A stretch of 63,779 nt of DNA, filler included, from Octopus bimaculoides (GCF_001194135.2; 5 parts of 5 records of this genome joined end to end with filler, not necessarily neighbours in it), one strand, 5' to 3'. Positions 48,285 to 61,250 are shown, numbered from the whole stretch's first letter. Translations and numbers: made by a program. The notes: a model not told the origin generated them from the sequence alone.

Positions 48285-48310
48285 AATATATGCATGTGTA
48301 TATATGTATG

Positions 48311-48349
<39 letters not shown>

Positions 48350-49186
48350 TTATATATATGCATGTATATATACATATGTGCATATGTGTATATGTGTGTG
48401 TGTGTTTCACTGTGTCTGTTATTTATCGATTCGTCTGCTCTCAATGCTTCTTGTTCTCTCCCCTCCCACCACCACCATCATACGATATCTCTATTGCAAT
48501 GGTCATAATTTAGTTTGCGTTTCATTGAGAAACAAAACTATTAAAAAAAAAAAAAATTAAAAAAATAGACGTAATTTGTTGTTGATTTGTTTTTATTTAT
48601 ATTTTTCAAAAAATCAAAAAGAAAAAAGAGAAAGACAAATACGTTTTTCCTATTTTCCTCTGATTATATTTGCTGTTGCCGTTCTTGTTGTTGTTTTTGT
48701 TGTTGTTGTTGTTGCTGTTGTTGTTTATATTTTGCGCGCGCATGTGTGTGTGTGTGTGTGTGCGTCAGTGTTTGTTATTCCATTTGACTGACATCGGTTC
48801 CTCATCCCTGCGCCTCGCCTATAACACGCAGAAGACACCCGAATACACGTTCGTTATCTTGGCTCTGGAAATATGCGCTAACAACATTATCATCTAGACA
48901 GCCACTTCATTTCAATTTCATGTCGCCAGAGCATCGCGCTTGCAGTGGTTGTCGTCGGTGTAGGCATCATCATCATCATCATCATCATCATTATGAACAT
49001 TAGGAACATCATCGCTGTTGTCATCATCATCATCATCATCATCATCATCGACATCATCGTCATCACCGTATAATGATGATGATGATGATGATGATGATGT
49101 ATTTCTCCATAGTTTCATGTAAATTTTACTCTGTGACGTCCTATGTATGTGTGTGTGTATATACATATGTATATGTATATGCGCAT

Positions 49187-49297
<111 letters not shown>

Positions 49298-50019
49298 CTT
49301 TCCGTATTCCCGAGCGTCATACTAATATATAATTATATGCATATATCCATACATATATGCATGTATGTATATATGTATGTATAATGTATGTATGTATCTA
49401 CGTATCTGTACATGTGTGTATATATATAAACATGTGTGCGTGTGTGTGTATGTGTGTGTATGCACAAATATATACACATGTACACAAATATATAACGCGT
49501 GTATACTCCATTGTTTTCTGGTTAAGAGACAATAATATTACTAATTTACTGTGGTATTAGCATTCTTCTTTCATTGTTCACTGGTTATCATCGAGTTATT
49601 TCCAGCATTAATAATGTTCGCGTGATATCTAAGACCTCGAAGCTTACTGCGTACGAGAGGGTAATGTTTTATGGCGGCTAATGTCAGTTGGAAGAGAAGC
49701 GATGTCTTTTAATAGGTCTGAAATATTAATTGAACTTCGCTTGTTGGTCCTATTGTTGTTGATGTTGTGATTGCGGTCGTCGTCGCTGTTGCTGTGACTT
49801 TTGTTTGTTTGTTGAGCTTGTTGTTTGTCTTTCTTGAGGAATTTTCTTTTTGTTGCCGTTACTGTTGAAGCGATCAGTTGACTGAATCGTTAACACGTCG
49901 GACAACGTACCGGGCAGCATTTCTTCCGGCTCGTTATGTTCTGAGTACAAACATTGCTGGCCTTGAGCCAAAATTAGAAAGAATTGTCGTTTGTGTTGTT
50001 GTTGTTGTTGTTGTTGTTG

Positions 50020-50240
50020 TTATGGCGGCGTGCTGGCAAGATCGTTAGAACGCCGGACGAATTGCTTAGGTATATTTCTTCCGTCGCTACGTTCAAAGTT
50101 CAAATTCCGTCGAAGTCGACTTTGCCTTTCATCCTTTCAGGGTCGATAAATTAAGTACCAGTGAAACACTGGGGGTCAATATAATCGATTAGTTTCCTCT
50201 CCCAAATTTCAAGGCCTTGTGCCTTTAGTAGAAAGGATTA
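50020..50240 (+). mobile_element. SINE family 1, full length
   Basis: GGCGGCGTGCTGGCAAGATCGTTAGAACGCCGG...GCCTTTAGTAGAAAGGA then TTA tail. Confidence 0.9.
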
Positions 50241-50280
50241 TTATTATTATTATTAACATCATCATTATTATTATTATTAT

Positions 50281-50495
50281 TTTATGTTTGACTTTTGTTT
50301 TGCATATGTACAAGTTGGATCCAAGTCTCACCCAGAGACCTCAAGAGACAACAAGTTAGAAGTTCATGTAGGTGTTATGCCTAGGGTACCATATATTTGG
50401 ATTTGTACAGTTTTGTTTAAGAAACCATAAGAAAATTATGTGTTTGCTTTAAAATTTGAGATCACATAGACAGTATTTTACGTAGGATATTATTA

Positions 50496-50500
<5 letters not shown>
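50281..50500 (-). mobile_element. 3' end of RLE LINE embedded in (TAA)n (duplicated at 50710-50928)
   Basis: Minus strand ILRKILSM* then UTR; TTA repeats both sides. Confidence 0.65.
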
Positions 50501-50532
<32 letters not shown>

Positions 50533-50923
50533 GGCAACATCGTTAGCTCNNNNNNNNNNNNNNNNNNNNNNNNNNNNNNNNNNNNNNNNNNNNNNNNNNN
50601 NNNNNNNNNNNNNNNNNNNNNNNNNNNNNNNNNNNNNNNNNNNNNNNNNNNNNNNNNNNNNNNNNNNNNNNNNNNNNNTATTAACATCATCATTATTATT
50701 ATTATTATTTTATGTTTGACTTTTGTTTTGCATATGTACAAGTTGGATCCAAGTCTCACCCAGAGACCTCAAGAGACAACAAGTTAGAAGTTCATGTAGG
50801 TGTTATGCCTAGGGTACCATATATTTGGATTTGTACAGTTTTGTTTAAGAAACCATAAGAAAATTATGTGTTTGCTTTAAAATTTGAGATCACATAGACA
50901 GTATTTTACGTAGGATATTATTA

Positions 50924-50958
<35 letters not shown>

Positions 50959-50960
<2 letters not shown>

Positions 50961-51150
50961 GGCAACATCGTTAGCTCGCCGGGAAAATGCTCAGCGGCGT
51001 TTCGTCTGTCCTTTCGTTCAGAATTCAAATTCCATCGAGGTCGAATTTGCCTTTTCATCCTTGCGGGATCGATAAAATAAGTACCAGTAACGCACTGGGG
51101 TTGATGTAATCGACTTATTCCCTTCCCCCAAATTTTAGGCCTTGTGTTTC
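50959..51150 (+). mobile_element. SINE family 1 with head deletion
   Basis: AAGGCAACATCGTTAGCTCGCCGGG lacks the GAGCTGGC segment. Confidence 0.85.
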
Positions 51151-51312
51151 CAGTAGTCTTATTTTTATAACCTGCCTTCACTGCACTACTGAGTGCATCT
51201 CTGTGTGCCTTGGTTATGTGCTGTGGTTTGTTGTGATGCTCTTATGGTTACTCTATTGAAAGTGTTTTGCGTAGGATGTGTGCAGTGCCCAGTAGTGCTA
51301 TTTTCTATATGA
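51151..51312 (-). mobile_element. 3' end of the same Dong-like family as 22860-24540
   Basis: Reverse complement of about 24380-24538 (CACAACAAACCAC.GCACATA.CCAAGGCACACAGAG...AAAATAAGACTACTG). Confidence 0.85.
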
Positions 51313-52420
51313 TGGCGGTTGTGGTGGTGGTGGTGGTGGTNNNNNNNNNNNNNNNNNNNNNNNNNNNNNNNNNNNNNNNNNNNNNNNNNNNNNNNNNNNN
51401 NNNNNNNNNNNNNNNNNNNNNNNNNNNNNNNNNNNNNNNNNNNNNNNNNNNNNNNNNNNNNNNNNNNNNNNNNNNNNNNNNNNNNNNNNNNNNNNNNNNN
51501 NNNNNNNNNNNNNNNNNNNNNNNNNNNNNNNNNNNNNNNNNNNNNNNNNNNNNNNNNNNNNNNNNNNNNNNNNNNNNNNNNNNNNNNNNNNNNNNNNNNN
51601 NNNNNNNNNNNNNNNNNNNNNNNNNNNNNNNNNNNNNNNNNNNNNNNNNNNNNNNNNNNNNNNNNNNNNNNNNNNNNNNNNNNNNNNNNNNNNNNNNNNN
51701 NNNNNNNNNNNNNNNNNNNNNNNNNNNNNNNNNNNNNNNNNNNNNNNNNNNNNNNNNNNNNNNNNNNNNNNNNNNNNNNNNNNNNNNNNNNNNNNNNNNN
51801 NNNNNNNNNNNNNNNNNNNNNNNNNNNNNNNNNNNNNNNNNNNNNNNNNNNNNNNNNNNNNNNNNNNNNNNNNNNNNNNNNNNNNNNNNNNNNNNNNNNN
51901 NNNNNNNNNNNNNNNNNNNNNNNNNNNNNNNNNNNNNNNNNNNNNNNNNNNNNNNNNNNNNNNNNNNNNNNNNNNNNNNNNNNNNNNNNNNNNNNNNNNN
52001 NNNNNNNNNNNNNNNNNNNNNNNNNNNNNNNNNNNNNNNNNNNNNNNNNNNNNNNNNNNNNNNNNNNNNNNNNNNNNNNNNNNNNNNNNNNNNNNNNNNN
52101 NNNNNNNNNNNNNNNNNNNNNNNNNNNNNNNNNNNNNNNNNNNNNNNNNNNNNNNNNNNNNNNNNNNNNNNNNNNNNNNNNNNNNNNNNNNNNNNNNNNN
52201 NNNNNNNNNNNNNNNNNNNNNNNNNNNNNNNNNNNNNNNNNNNNNNNNNNNNNNNNNNNNNNNNNNNNNNNNNNNNNNNNNNNNNNNNNNNNNNNNNNNN
52301 NNNNNNNNNNNNNNNNNNNNNNACAGTCGGAAGAAATGCCATTAATTCTTTTATCTGGCGTGGTATGGATTCCGTCAGTTCCACACCTTAGAGTGAATGG
52401 TAATATTAACAATAAAAAGA

Positions 52421-52783
52421 GCACTCAGAGAGCGCAGACCTCCACCAGTGCAACACCAACATTCTCACAACGATTAGCCAGAGATGATTTTTAAAATGAG
52501 AATATCCAAAATAAACTCACCTGCTGTCACAAACGAAAATACTAAAAATGAACCAGATGGCTCTCAAATTAAGTAAAACACAGGAAAAATAATCCAGAAT
52601 CCTTGTCCGGTGCCGGATCGATCCCAAAATCTAATCGGTTCGTGCCAGCCATGAGGCCAAACATCCCTGAAACCTTCATCCGAATCCATCCAGGAGTGCT
52701 CGAGATATCTTATCCACGGACAAGCAAACAAACAAACACGACTGAAAAAGTTACCCCCGTCTTAGCGAAGGCGAAGGTAATAA
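52421..52783 (-). mobile_element. Helentron-type element, second copy of 9757-10120
   Basis: Reverse-complement alignment including terminal hairpin and sub-terminal IR. Confidence 0.75.
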
Positions 52784-53284
52784 GATTGCTTATTCCATTA
52801 TGGGCAAGTGGACGTCTATATTTATTGTTCAGAAATATATAGACTTTGTTTTGTCAAGAAATATCAAATTGTAATTCCAGCAATTTATACATTAAATTTT
52901 GACAGACGTTCAGCTATTTATGAATTCTTGCAGACGTTCCCTCGCTAATTATTTAGGAATTTCCACCTATTGACAAGTTAGTTAAACTCTCTCCTGCATC
53001 AAAGATTTGTGAAACCGAAAAGTCTTGACTTGCATTTCAAACATATCATTTATTCATCAGCACTAAAACTTTTTCAACAAGGGACACAACTTTGCTTGTG
53101 ATATTTCTTTTTCTTTTCTTTTGCGGGAGACATAAAAGAAACCACGTCCCCTTTTTGCATATTACGACAAAAAAAGACCAAATGCCAAACGTTTCTAGTC
53201 ATAGTAAAGAATGGATGAATACGCAGAGCATTTTTCATTAGGATTATTTCAGTAACGAATCATATGCCGATGTGCTATGATCAT

Positions 53285-53560
53285 CTTTTCGGGGTCGGTA
53301 AAATAAGTACCAGTGAAACACTGGGGTCGATATAATCGACTAGTCTCCTCCCCCCAAATTTCAGGCCTTGTTCCTATAGTAGAAAGGATTAATACTTACT
53401 TTAAGCTGGTAAATCGACCGAATCATTAGAATCTGTCTTAAAGTTCTATATTCAAATTCCGTGGTTGATTAAATAAGTACCAGTAAAATACTGGAGTCGA
53501 TACAATCAACTAGCCCCCTCCCTCAAAACTTCAGGCCCTGTACCTATTGTAGAAAGGCTA
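53285..53560 (+). mobile_element. Two truncated SINE family 1 copies
   Basis: AAATAAGTACCAGT.AAA.ACTGG.GTCGATA.AATC.ACTAG repeated. Confidence 0.75.
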
Positions 53561-55104
53561 CTTATAATTACTTTCTTACTATATTTTGTCCAGACATATG
53601 CTTACGTGTCAGATTAAAACGTGTATGTGTGTGTGTGTATATATATACGTGTGTGTGTGNNNNNNNNNNNNNNNNNNNNNNNNNNNNNNNNNNNNNNNNN
53701 NNNNNNNNNNNNNNNNNNNNNNNNNNNNNNNNNNNNNNNNNNNNNNNNNNNNNNNNNNNNNNNNNNNNNNNNNNNNNNNNNNNNNNNNNNNNNNNNNNNN
53801 NNNNNNNNNNNNNNNNNNNNNNNNNNNNNNNNNNNNNNNNNNNNNNNNNNNNNNNNNNNNNNNNNNNNNNNNNNNNNNNNNNNNNNNNNNNNNNNNNNNN
53901 NNNNNNNNNNNNNNNNNNNNNNNNNNNNNNNNNNNNNNNNNNNNNNNNNNNNNNNNNNNNNNNNNNNNNNNNNNNNNNNNNNNNNNNNNNNNNNNNNNNN
54001 NNNNNNNNNNNNNNNNNNNNNNNNNNNNNNNNNNNNNNNNNNNNNNNNNNNNNNNNNNNNNNNNNNNNNNNNNNNNNNNNNNNNNNNNNNNNNNNNNNNN
54101 NNNNNNNNNNNNNNNNNNNNNNNNNNNNNNNNNNNNNNNNNNNNNNNNNNNNNNNNNNNNNNNNNNNNNNNNNNNNNNNNNNNNNNNNNNNNNNNNNNNN
54201 NNNNNNNNNNNNNNNNNNNNNNNNNNNNNNNNNNNNNNNNNNNNNNNNNNNNNNNAAAACACATGCTATAATCATCTACTAATCAATTTTTGACAGTGTT
54301 ATTACGTCTTTTTTTCTTTATTGCACAAGAAGATTGTTTCCTTTTTTTTTTCTTTTACGACAATGGCATCCACGTTCTTTTTTCTTTTACTGTGTCTGAT
54401 TGGATGAAAAAAAAAACATAATATACTCGAGGAAAAAGTTCATTTCCATGGTATGTAATATGGGATACATTTTTCTCAGGTAACATTACTGCTTATTGCA
54501 AATTATACCTATTTTACACGATATATTTTCTATGTTATACTTCCCTGTAGGATCATTATTCCAACAAGAACGCTACCATGAAAATAGAAAACACAGCCGA
54601 CAGCGACTTAATTATCCGAATTCAATTGACGCTAAGTATTAGCTTCTATGACACGGTACAAGTTTTTCATCGTGTGCTGGTTTCATGATAAGGAAAAGTG
54701 GTATGAACTTGTAGGAGACACTTGAGATAGGCGAAGCAAATAAAGAAGTATTTTTATATTCGTGAAACTGATGGAAGTTCTGATTACTACATCTCCTCAC
54801 TTCCGCCGTCAGTCAATTTTTATAACTACAGTAGTATGAGCAATATACATAGAGCTATATATATATATATATTTTTTTTTTCACTTTTCTACTTTCGCTT
54901 TTGGACACGAAATAATACTAAGAATAGTTCAATATTGTTTGACACTTATTAGATATGTATTCTCTTCGATCAGAACGAGTATGAAACTCAACAATATAAC
55001 AAGCAAACAATGATAAGTTGGAACATTTATGAGAGAAGGGTCTGATTTGACGCAATACATGGAGTAAAACATTCGTTGTTCCCCAGCGAAACATTCAGAT
55101 AGAT

Positions 55105-55176
<72 letters not shown>

Positions 55177-55374
55177 CCCTAAAATTCGAGAACTACACAA
55201 CCAATTTCATTCAAATTTTACACATGCCTTACTTAGGGTCCCGGTTGTGTTTTAGTCAAAAAAAAGTTTTAACTTCTTGCATAGTTCGAGCCCATAGCAA
55301 CATCAATATCTCCTCCACTATCTAAGTCAACATCAAAAAGACAAAAATCTTGGCCCAAACCGTTCTAAGTCAGG

Positions 55375-55580
55375 AAACTCCAGACCTCAACATTACCATC
55401 TTGGAGACGCCACCGGAGAAAGTTGACCACTTTTCATACCTAGGGATGTTGCTTTCGAATAAGTGCACATCGAAAGAGGATATGGAGAACCGATTAAGAG
55501 CGGCTCACACCACATTTGGTGGACTCGCGAAAAGCGTCTTTAAGAACAAAGATCTGAGCCACAAATCAAAATTGATTGAA
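55375..55580 (+). pseudogene. RTE-type RT thumb fragment
   Basis: EKVDHFSYLG...EDMENRLRAAHTTFGGLAKSVFKNKDLSHKSKL. Confidence 0.75.
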
Positions 55581-56688
55581 AAAGAAGGAATAATTGAAGA
55601 AGGAGGATAGGAAAGGAGAAGTAAACCGAAAACTAGCAACAGTATAAAGAGGATCAACAGCTACAGCAACAATAGGAAGACCAGTAAAAATAGCGAAGAT
55701 ACTTTAAGCGACCATTATAATAATAATAATAATTATTATTATTATTATTATTATTATTGGAAAGTGCAATTGCGTTTCTGCAAACCCGATAGATCCAGCT
55801 GAAAATCCAATAAAGAACTGGAATGAACTAAATTTCTAACAAATAAACTCCTTCAACTAAACTTAATGTTTTATTATTACAAGAATCCTAATTACTTCAT
55901 TAAGACTTGCTAATTATTTATCAGCTAACAGATTTTCAAAACATAATTATCTTGCCGCGCGTACTCGTCATTAACTTCCTAGTTTACCTCCCTCTCTCTA
56001 CNNNNNNNNNNNNNNNNNNNNNNNNNNNNNNNNNNNNNNNNNNNNNNNNNNNNNNNNNNNNNNNNNNNNNNNNNNNNNNNNNNNNNNNNNNNNNNNNNNN
56101 NNNNNNNNNNNNNNNNNNNNNNNNNNNNNNNNNNNNNNNNNNNNNNNNNNNNNNNNNNNNNNNNNNNNNNNNNNNNNNNNNNNNNNNNNNNNNNNNNNNN
56201 NNNNNNNNNNNNNNNNNNNNNNNNNNNNNNNNNNNNNNNNNNNNNNNNNNNNNNNNNNNNNNNNNNNNNNNNNNNNNNNNNNNNNNNNNNNNNNNNNNNN
56301 NNNNNNNNNNNNNNNNNNNNNNNNNNNNNNNNNNNNNNNNNNNNNNNNNNNNNNNNNNNNNNNNNNNNNNNNNNNNNNNNNNNNNNNNNNNNNNNNNNNN
56401 NNNNNNNNNNNNNNNNNNNNNNNNNNNNNNNNNNNNNNNNNNNNNNNNNNNNNNNNNNNNNNNNNNNNNNNNNNNNNNNNNNNNNNNNNNNNNNNNNNNN
56501 NNNNNNNGTCTGTGTGTGTGTGTGTACTGGTGTGTGTACTGGTGTTGGTGTGGGGGAGTCTCTTTTACCCTTCATTGTTTTCCGTTCTTCAAATTTTCTG
56601 AAATTCTCCTCAACCGAAATTCTTCATCTCCCCATTCTCATCCTCATCCCCCTCTTCCTCCCCATCTTTTTGCCTCTTCTACCTCATC

Positions 56689-56733
<45 letters not shown>

Positions 56734-57504
56734 CTGCAATCCTTATTGTATTAACTCTTGTTCAACACATCGTTGTTTGTAGATATTGCTTTTTGATTAT
56801 CTGTGGTATGGTGTTGAGTGTGTCTCTGTGTGTGTGGCATGGTGCTGTGTGTGCGGTATGGTGTTGTGNNNNNNNNNNNNNNNNNNNNNNNNNNNNNNNN
56901 NNNNNNNNNNNNNNNNNNNNNNNNNNNNNNNNNNNNNNNNNNNNNNNNNNNNNNNNNNNNNNNNNNNNNNNNNNNNNNNNNNNNNNNNNNNNNNNNNNNN
57001 NNNNNNNNNNNNNNNNNNNNNNNNNNNNNNNNNNNNNNNNNNNNNNNNNNNNNNNNNNNNNNNNNNNNNNNNNNNNNNNNNNNNNNNNNNNNNNNNNNNN
57101 NNNNNNNNNNNNNNNNNNNNNNNNNNNNNNNNNNNNNNNNNNNNNNNNNNNNNNNNNNNNNNNNNNNNNNNNNNNNNNNNNNNNNNNNNNNNNNNNNNNN
57201 NNNNNNNNNNNNNNNNNNNNNNNNNNNNNNNNNNNNNNNNNNNNNNNNNNNNNNNNNNNNNNNNNNNNNNNNNNNNNNNNNNNNNNNNNNNNNNNNNNNN
57301 NNNNNNNNNNNNNNNNNNNNNNNNNNNNNNNNNNNNNNNNNNNNNNNNNNNNNNNNNNNNNNNNNNNNNNNNNNNNNNNNGCGCGCGTTAGAAAACGGCA
57401 GAATAAAGTTTTACAGTGTTCAGTCGTGCCTACAGTAGAAAGGATTATTTGGCTATCACATGATATCATACAGAAGGGTATGCACAAGGGCTGCTTGTAT
57501 ATGG

Positions 57505-57990
57505 GGAACTCTTTTATATTTTACTGCTTTCAGCTAGAGTCTGGGGCCATGCTGGAGCACCGCCTTTCAATGTGTTTGAGTCTTTCTTTTCTTCCTATAC
57601 TGTCTTGGAGAAGTAGAGAACTGGACGGAGCTGCCCTTCTTTGTACCTCCTGCTGTGACTTGCGCTCATCTGGTATTTTAGATAAGATTTTGTCCAGTCG
57701 CTCTTTGAGGACCTCCACATCGATATTTTGCAAATCTGAGAGGATTTGGGACAGAATGTATCTACAGTGGTTTTGCAAGAGCTTTCTTGTACATCTTTAA
57801 TAGAACAGCAGGAAACCCATCTGGGCCGGTTGTTGAATTCCAGTTCATCTCATCAGTGGCGGATATTACATCCTTCTCTATTCTGTCGATGTAATCGATG
57901 GTTGCCTCTTCCTCATGTAGAGCTGTAGTACTGAAAACCTATTCAGGCTTGTTTATTTGCATGCTAAACCAATGAAGAGGTGAAGACATT
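57505..57990 (-). mobile_element. CR1-like LINE 3' end with RT internally deleted
   Basis: TGPDGFPAVLLK..KKALAKPL joined to LSDLQNIDVEVLKERLDKILSKIPDE; 3' tail GGTGCTCCAGCATGGCC. Confidence 0.75.
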
Positions 57991-58109
57991 TTGGCACTGT
58001 TTATTTAGCACTTCAGTTATCCTCCTGGAGTTAACAGTTAGTGAGTCATGTTCTTGAAATCTTAGCCCCTTTCTTACAGTGAAACGGGGCAGGTTCTTTC
58101 ACAAACTTG

Positions 58110-58242
58110 TTTAAAATATCTCCAGTACCAGGCTTACAAAGAATAAGTCCTGGTGTCGATTTGTGCGACTAAATGCGGTGCTCCAGCACGGCCGCAGTCA
58201 AATCACTGAAACAAGGAATAAAAGAATAAAAGAATACATATG
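58110..58242 (+). mobile_element. SINE family 2, 3' end
   Basis: AGTACCAGGCTTACAAAGAATAAGTCC...CGGTGCTCCAGCACGGCCGCAGTCAAATCACTGAAACAAG. Confidence 0.8.
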
Positions 58243-58331
58243 TATGTATAGGTGAATAAATAGCTGCATACACACATACAGTACATCCATACATATGTGT
58301 GTGTGTCTGTCTGTCTGTCTGTATATATATA

Positions 58332-58397
<66 letters not shown>

Positions 58398-59657
58398 NNN
58401 NNNNNNNNNNNNNNNNNNNNNNNNNNNNNNNNNNNNNNNNNNNNNNNNNNNNNNNNNNNNNNNNNNNNNNNNNNNNNNNNNNNNNNNNNNNNNNNNNNNN
58501 NNNNNNNNNNNNNNNNNNNNNNNNNNNNNNNNNNNNNNNNNNNNNNNNNNNNNNNNNNNNNNNNNNNNNNNNNNNNNNNNNNNNNNNNNNNNNNNNNNNN
58601 NNNNNNNNNNNNNNNNNNNNNNNNNNNNNNNNNNNNNNNNNNNNNNNNNNNNNNNNNNNNNNNNNNNNNNNNNNNNNNNNNNNNNNNNNNNNNNNNNNNN
58701 NNNNNNNNNNNNNNNNNNNNNNNNNNNNNNNNNNNNNNNNNNNNNNNNNNNNNNNNNNNNNNNNNNNNNNNNNNNNNNNNNNNNNNNNNNNNNNNNNNNN
58801 NNNNNNNNNNNNNNNNNNNNNNNNNNNNNNNNNNNNNNNNNNNNNNNNNNNNNNNNNNNNNNNNNNNNNNNNNNNNNNNNNNNNNNNNNNNNNNNNNNNN
58901 NNNNNNNNNNNNNNNNNNNNNNNNNNNNNNNNNNNNNNNNNNNNNNNNNNNNNNNNNNNNNNNNNNNNNNNNNNNNNNNNNNNNNNNNNNNNNNNNNNNN
59001 NNNNNNNNNNNNNNNNNNNNNNNNNNNNNNNNNNNNNNNNNNNNNNNNNNNNNNNNNNNNNNNNNNNNNNNNNNNNNNNNNNNNNNNNNNNNNNNNNNNN
59101 NNNNNNNNNNNNNNNNNNNNNNNNNNNNNNNNNNNNNNNNNNNNNNNNNNNNNNNNNNNNNNNNNNNNNNNNNNNNNNNNNNNNNNNNNNNNNNNNNNNN
59201 NNNNNNNNNNNNNNNNNNNNNNNNNNNNNNNNNNNNNNNNNNNNNNNNNNNNNNNNNNNNNNNNNNNNNNNNNNNNNNNNNNNNNNNNNNNNNNNNNNNN
59301 NNNNNNNNNNNNNNNNNNNCCCCCCGGCTGCAGAAGTGATCTACATCACTCCATCCCCTTTTTTCCCTTTCCTATCTGTCTTTTACTACTCTCTCAGCAT
59401 ATTCTGTCTGTTTGTCTCTCTATCTCTCTCTCTCTCTCTCTCTTCATGTGTCACTCTTGTTTTACAGACGTCGGCGATTATGGACTGCTATGCTGAAATC
59501 TGTCTATACGTTTTCTTTTTTCTTCGAGAAGATGCTATACAGTGTGTGTCCCGGATAAATTTGACAGTTTGCATAATAGGGAAAAAAGACACAGTATCCC
59601 ACCCGAAAGGAAAAGTATTTTAAAAACCAAAAGGAAAAAAAATATATCAACTAGGAA

Positions 59658-60040
59658 CAGGCGTGGCATCATTGGCGCAGGCGTGGCATCATAAGCGTAG
59701 GTGTGGCATCATAGGCGCAGGCGTGGCATCTTAGGTGCAGGCGTGGCATCATAGGCGCAGGCGTGGCATCATAGGCGCAGGCGTGGCATCTTAGGTGCAG
59801 GCGTGGCATCATAAGCGCAGGCGTTGCATCATAGGCGCAGACGAGGCATCATAGGCGCAAGCGTTGCATCATAGGCGTAGGGATAGAATCATAGGTGCAG
59901 GCGTGGCGTGGTAGGTGCAGGCATGGCATCATAGGCGCAGGTGTGGCATCATAGACGCAGGCGTGACATCATAGGCGGAGGCGTGGCATCATAGGTGTAG
60001 GCGTGGTATCATAAGCGCGAGCGTAGCATCATAGGCGCAG
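59658..60040 (+). repeat. 20-bp GC-rich minisatellite (GGCGCAGGCGTGGCATCATA) x about 19
   Basis: Constant 20-nt register without indels. Confidence 0.95.
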
Positions 60041-60170
60041 GTGTAGCTGTGTGGTAAAAAGCTTCTTTCCCAACCACATGTTTGCAGTTTCATTTCCATT
60101 GTGTGGCACTTTGCCTTCTATTATAGCCTTGGGCCGACAAAAGCCTTGGGCCGACAAAAGCCTTGGCAAT
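60034..60170 (+). mobile_element. SINE family 2, 5' part
   Basis: GGCGCAGGTGTAGCTGTGTGGTAAAAAGCTT...CCAACCACATG; 17-bp tandem duplication at about 60126-60167. Confidence 0.8.
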
Positions 60171-61059
60171 TGCTCCTGAATAAGAGCATATTTAATTCTT
60201 AGGAGTAACTGGTTTATACAACATCAAACCATCCATCCATCCACACACACACACAAACACACATACACACACACACACGCAGGCACAGACAGCCCTGTGT
60301 AACACCTGTCTAGAGGCCAACCCTCCTCCGTGTTCTGTTTCTCTAACCCACAAAGTAGATCATCAGCTGCTAATGTGGTCCACAGCGGGAGGTCTTCAGA
60401 AGTATCCCCACCCAGAACCAAAAAGAACAAGGGTGTACTGGTGACTAAAATGAACTCCAAAACTAGAGCAGCACTACCACAGACGCACATCAATATCTTA
60501 CCCAGGTCATGTCTTTATCCAACACAAATTGCATCCTGAAAGGAGCACTGACAGTGCTAAACATATATCCCTTCAGTTGGGTTTCTCTTTCGGTGCTTCA
60601 GTATGGCAAAAACATAAAATGAACAATACAAATGAGATACTTTTTTTTACGCAGACATACTGGGTAAATTACTCTTACAAAACGGAAAAATGGAAAAATA
60701 TTGTTGGAAAGTGTCGAAATTGTTATGATATATGATTGACAACTGACGTTTGGTTGACAACATATATTTGGTTGACAACTGATGAGCGGTTGAGTTTACT
60801 CTGTTTTCACTGTTTGCTTTTCTAGAGTTTCTTCGTAATTACTTTGTCGCACCTCTGAGCCATCTTTGACATTCTATACACACATGCGCACACGAACATA
60901 CACATATAAGGAAATAAAACAAGGAGAGGCAAGAGACAAAGAGTTTTAATACTTCTGTAGAGATTACTGCTGGAATATAATTTATCTTTGTGAGCTGACA
61001 GCCGGGTTTCTCATTTGGGATGCTTCTTTGAAGGAAACATTATTTAGGAATTTTCTATA

Positions 61060-61250
61060 GTGACAAGGCCTGAAATTATAGGGGAAGGAACAAGTCTATC
61101 TCATCGACCCCCGCTATTCCTCAATACTTAACTCGTACTTATTTTACCGATCTTGAAAGGTTGAAAGGAAAAGTCGACCTAGAGACGGGCGAAATGCCGC
61201 TAAGCATTTTGTCCGGCGCGTTAACAACTCAGCCAACTCGCCGCCTTTCA
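61060..61250 (-). mobile_element. SINE family 1
   Basis: Ends CCAACTCGCCGCCTT. Confidence 0.8.

Noticed and set aside
54555-54690. CTGTAG acceptor followed by DHYSNKNATMKIENTADSD, faintly Ig E-strand-like
   Set aside because: Phase 0 is incompatible with the phase-1 donor of the Ig exon, no cysteine motif, weak donor.
59535-59575. TACAGTGTGTGTCCCGG as a Tc1/mariner-like TIR
   Set aside because: No matching opposite TIR found nearby.
59658-60040. Regular array resembling CRISPR
   Set aside because: Contiguous units with no unique spacers, no cas genes, eukaryotic context.
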